From Octopus bimaculoides (lineage: Eukaryota), in assembly GCF_001194135.2 (NCBI RefSeq), contig NC_068998.1, positions 25,722,430 to 25,759,120 on the forward strand: a DNA stretch of 36,691 bases. Direction: 5' to 3'. A model generated the notes under the pieces. It had not been told where the DNA came from. It did not search any database and was given only the letters and a program-made list of their open reading frames with translations. Of the stretch, positions 36,386 to 36,691 are shown in pieces. The position numbers were made by a program, and so were the translations under genes. Positions within the stretch are counted from its first letter, which is position 1, and each line of letters starts with the position of its first letter.

Positions 36386-36691
36386 TTATTATTATTATTA
36401 TTTTATGTTTGACTTTTGTTTTGCATTTGTACAAGTTGGATCCAAGTCTCACCCAGAGACCTCAAGAGACAACAAGTTAGAAGTTCATGTAGGTGTTATG
36501 CCTAGGGTACCATATATTTGGATTTGTACAGTTTTGTTCAAGTGAATGTTTAAGAAACCATAAGAAAATTATGTGTTTGCCTTAAAATTTGAGATCACAT
36601 AGACGGTATTTTACGTAGGATATGGGCAGTTCCCATGAGCACTATCTTTTGAACTTCAGCCATTTTGGGGTTTCCTGGTATCTGAGCTAGG
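36386..36691 (-). mobile_element. R4/Dong-clade LINE 3' end with a (TAA)n tail (copy 4; runs off the window)
   Basis: Minus strand LAQIPGNPKMAEVQKIVLMGTAHILRKIPSM* (stop 36595-36597), then a 3' UTR ...gggtgagacttggatccaacttgtac...aaaagtcaaacata and (TAA)n. Confidence 0.9.

Overview
AT-rich eukaryotic genomic DNA with four N gaps. The SINE consensus and the microsatellite load look like a coleoid cephalopod, most likely Octopus; this is recognition from memory, not a database search. I could not support any host protein-coding gene. Most ORFs in the track are translations of microsatellites or of decayed transposons. The window is a layered record of mobile elements. It holds four R4/Dong-type RLE non-LTR retrotransposon copies, one nearly full length. 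It also holds a Penelope-like GIY-YIG fragment followed by a degenerate minimal hammerhead ribozyme, a decayed Tc1/mariner (DDxD-type) transposase, CR1/L2-like and RTE-like remnants, a 384-bp hAT-like MITE with an 8-bp TSD, and 13 copies of a tRNA-derived SINE. No CRISPR, rRNA or tRNA gene was seen, and I found no convincing evidence of a new biological system. The best leads are a structured, apparently RTE-type module in the 5' UTR of an R4/Dong element, the Penelope hammerhead, a G.U-rich 160-nt hairpin in unique sequence, and TAA versus GAA tails on one LINE family.
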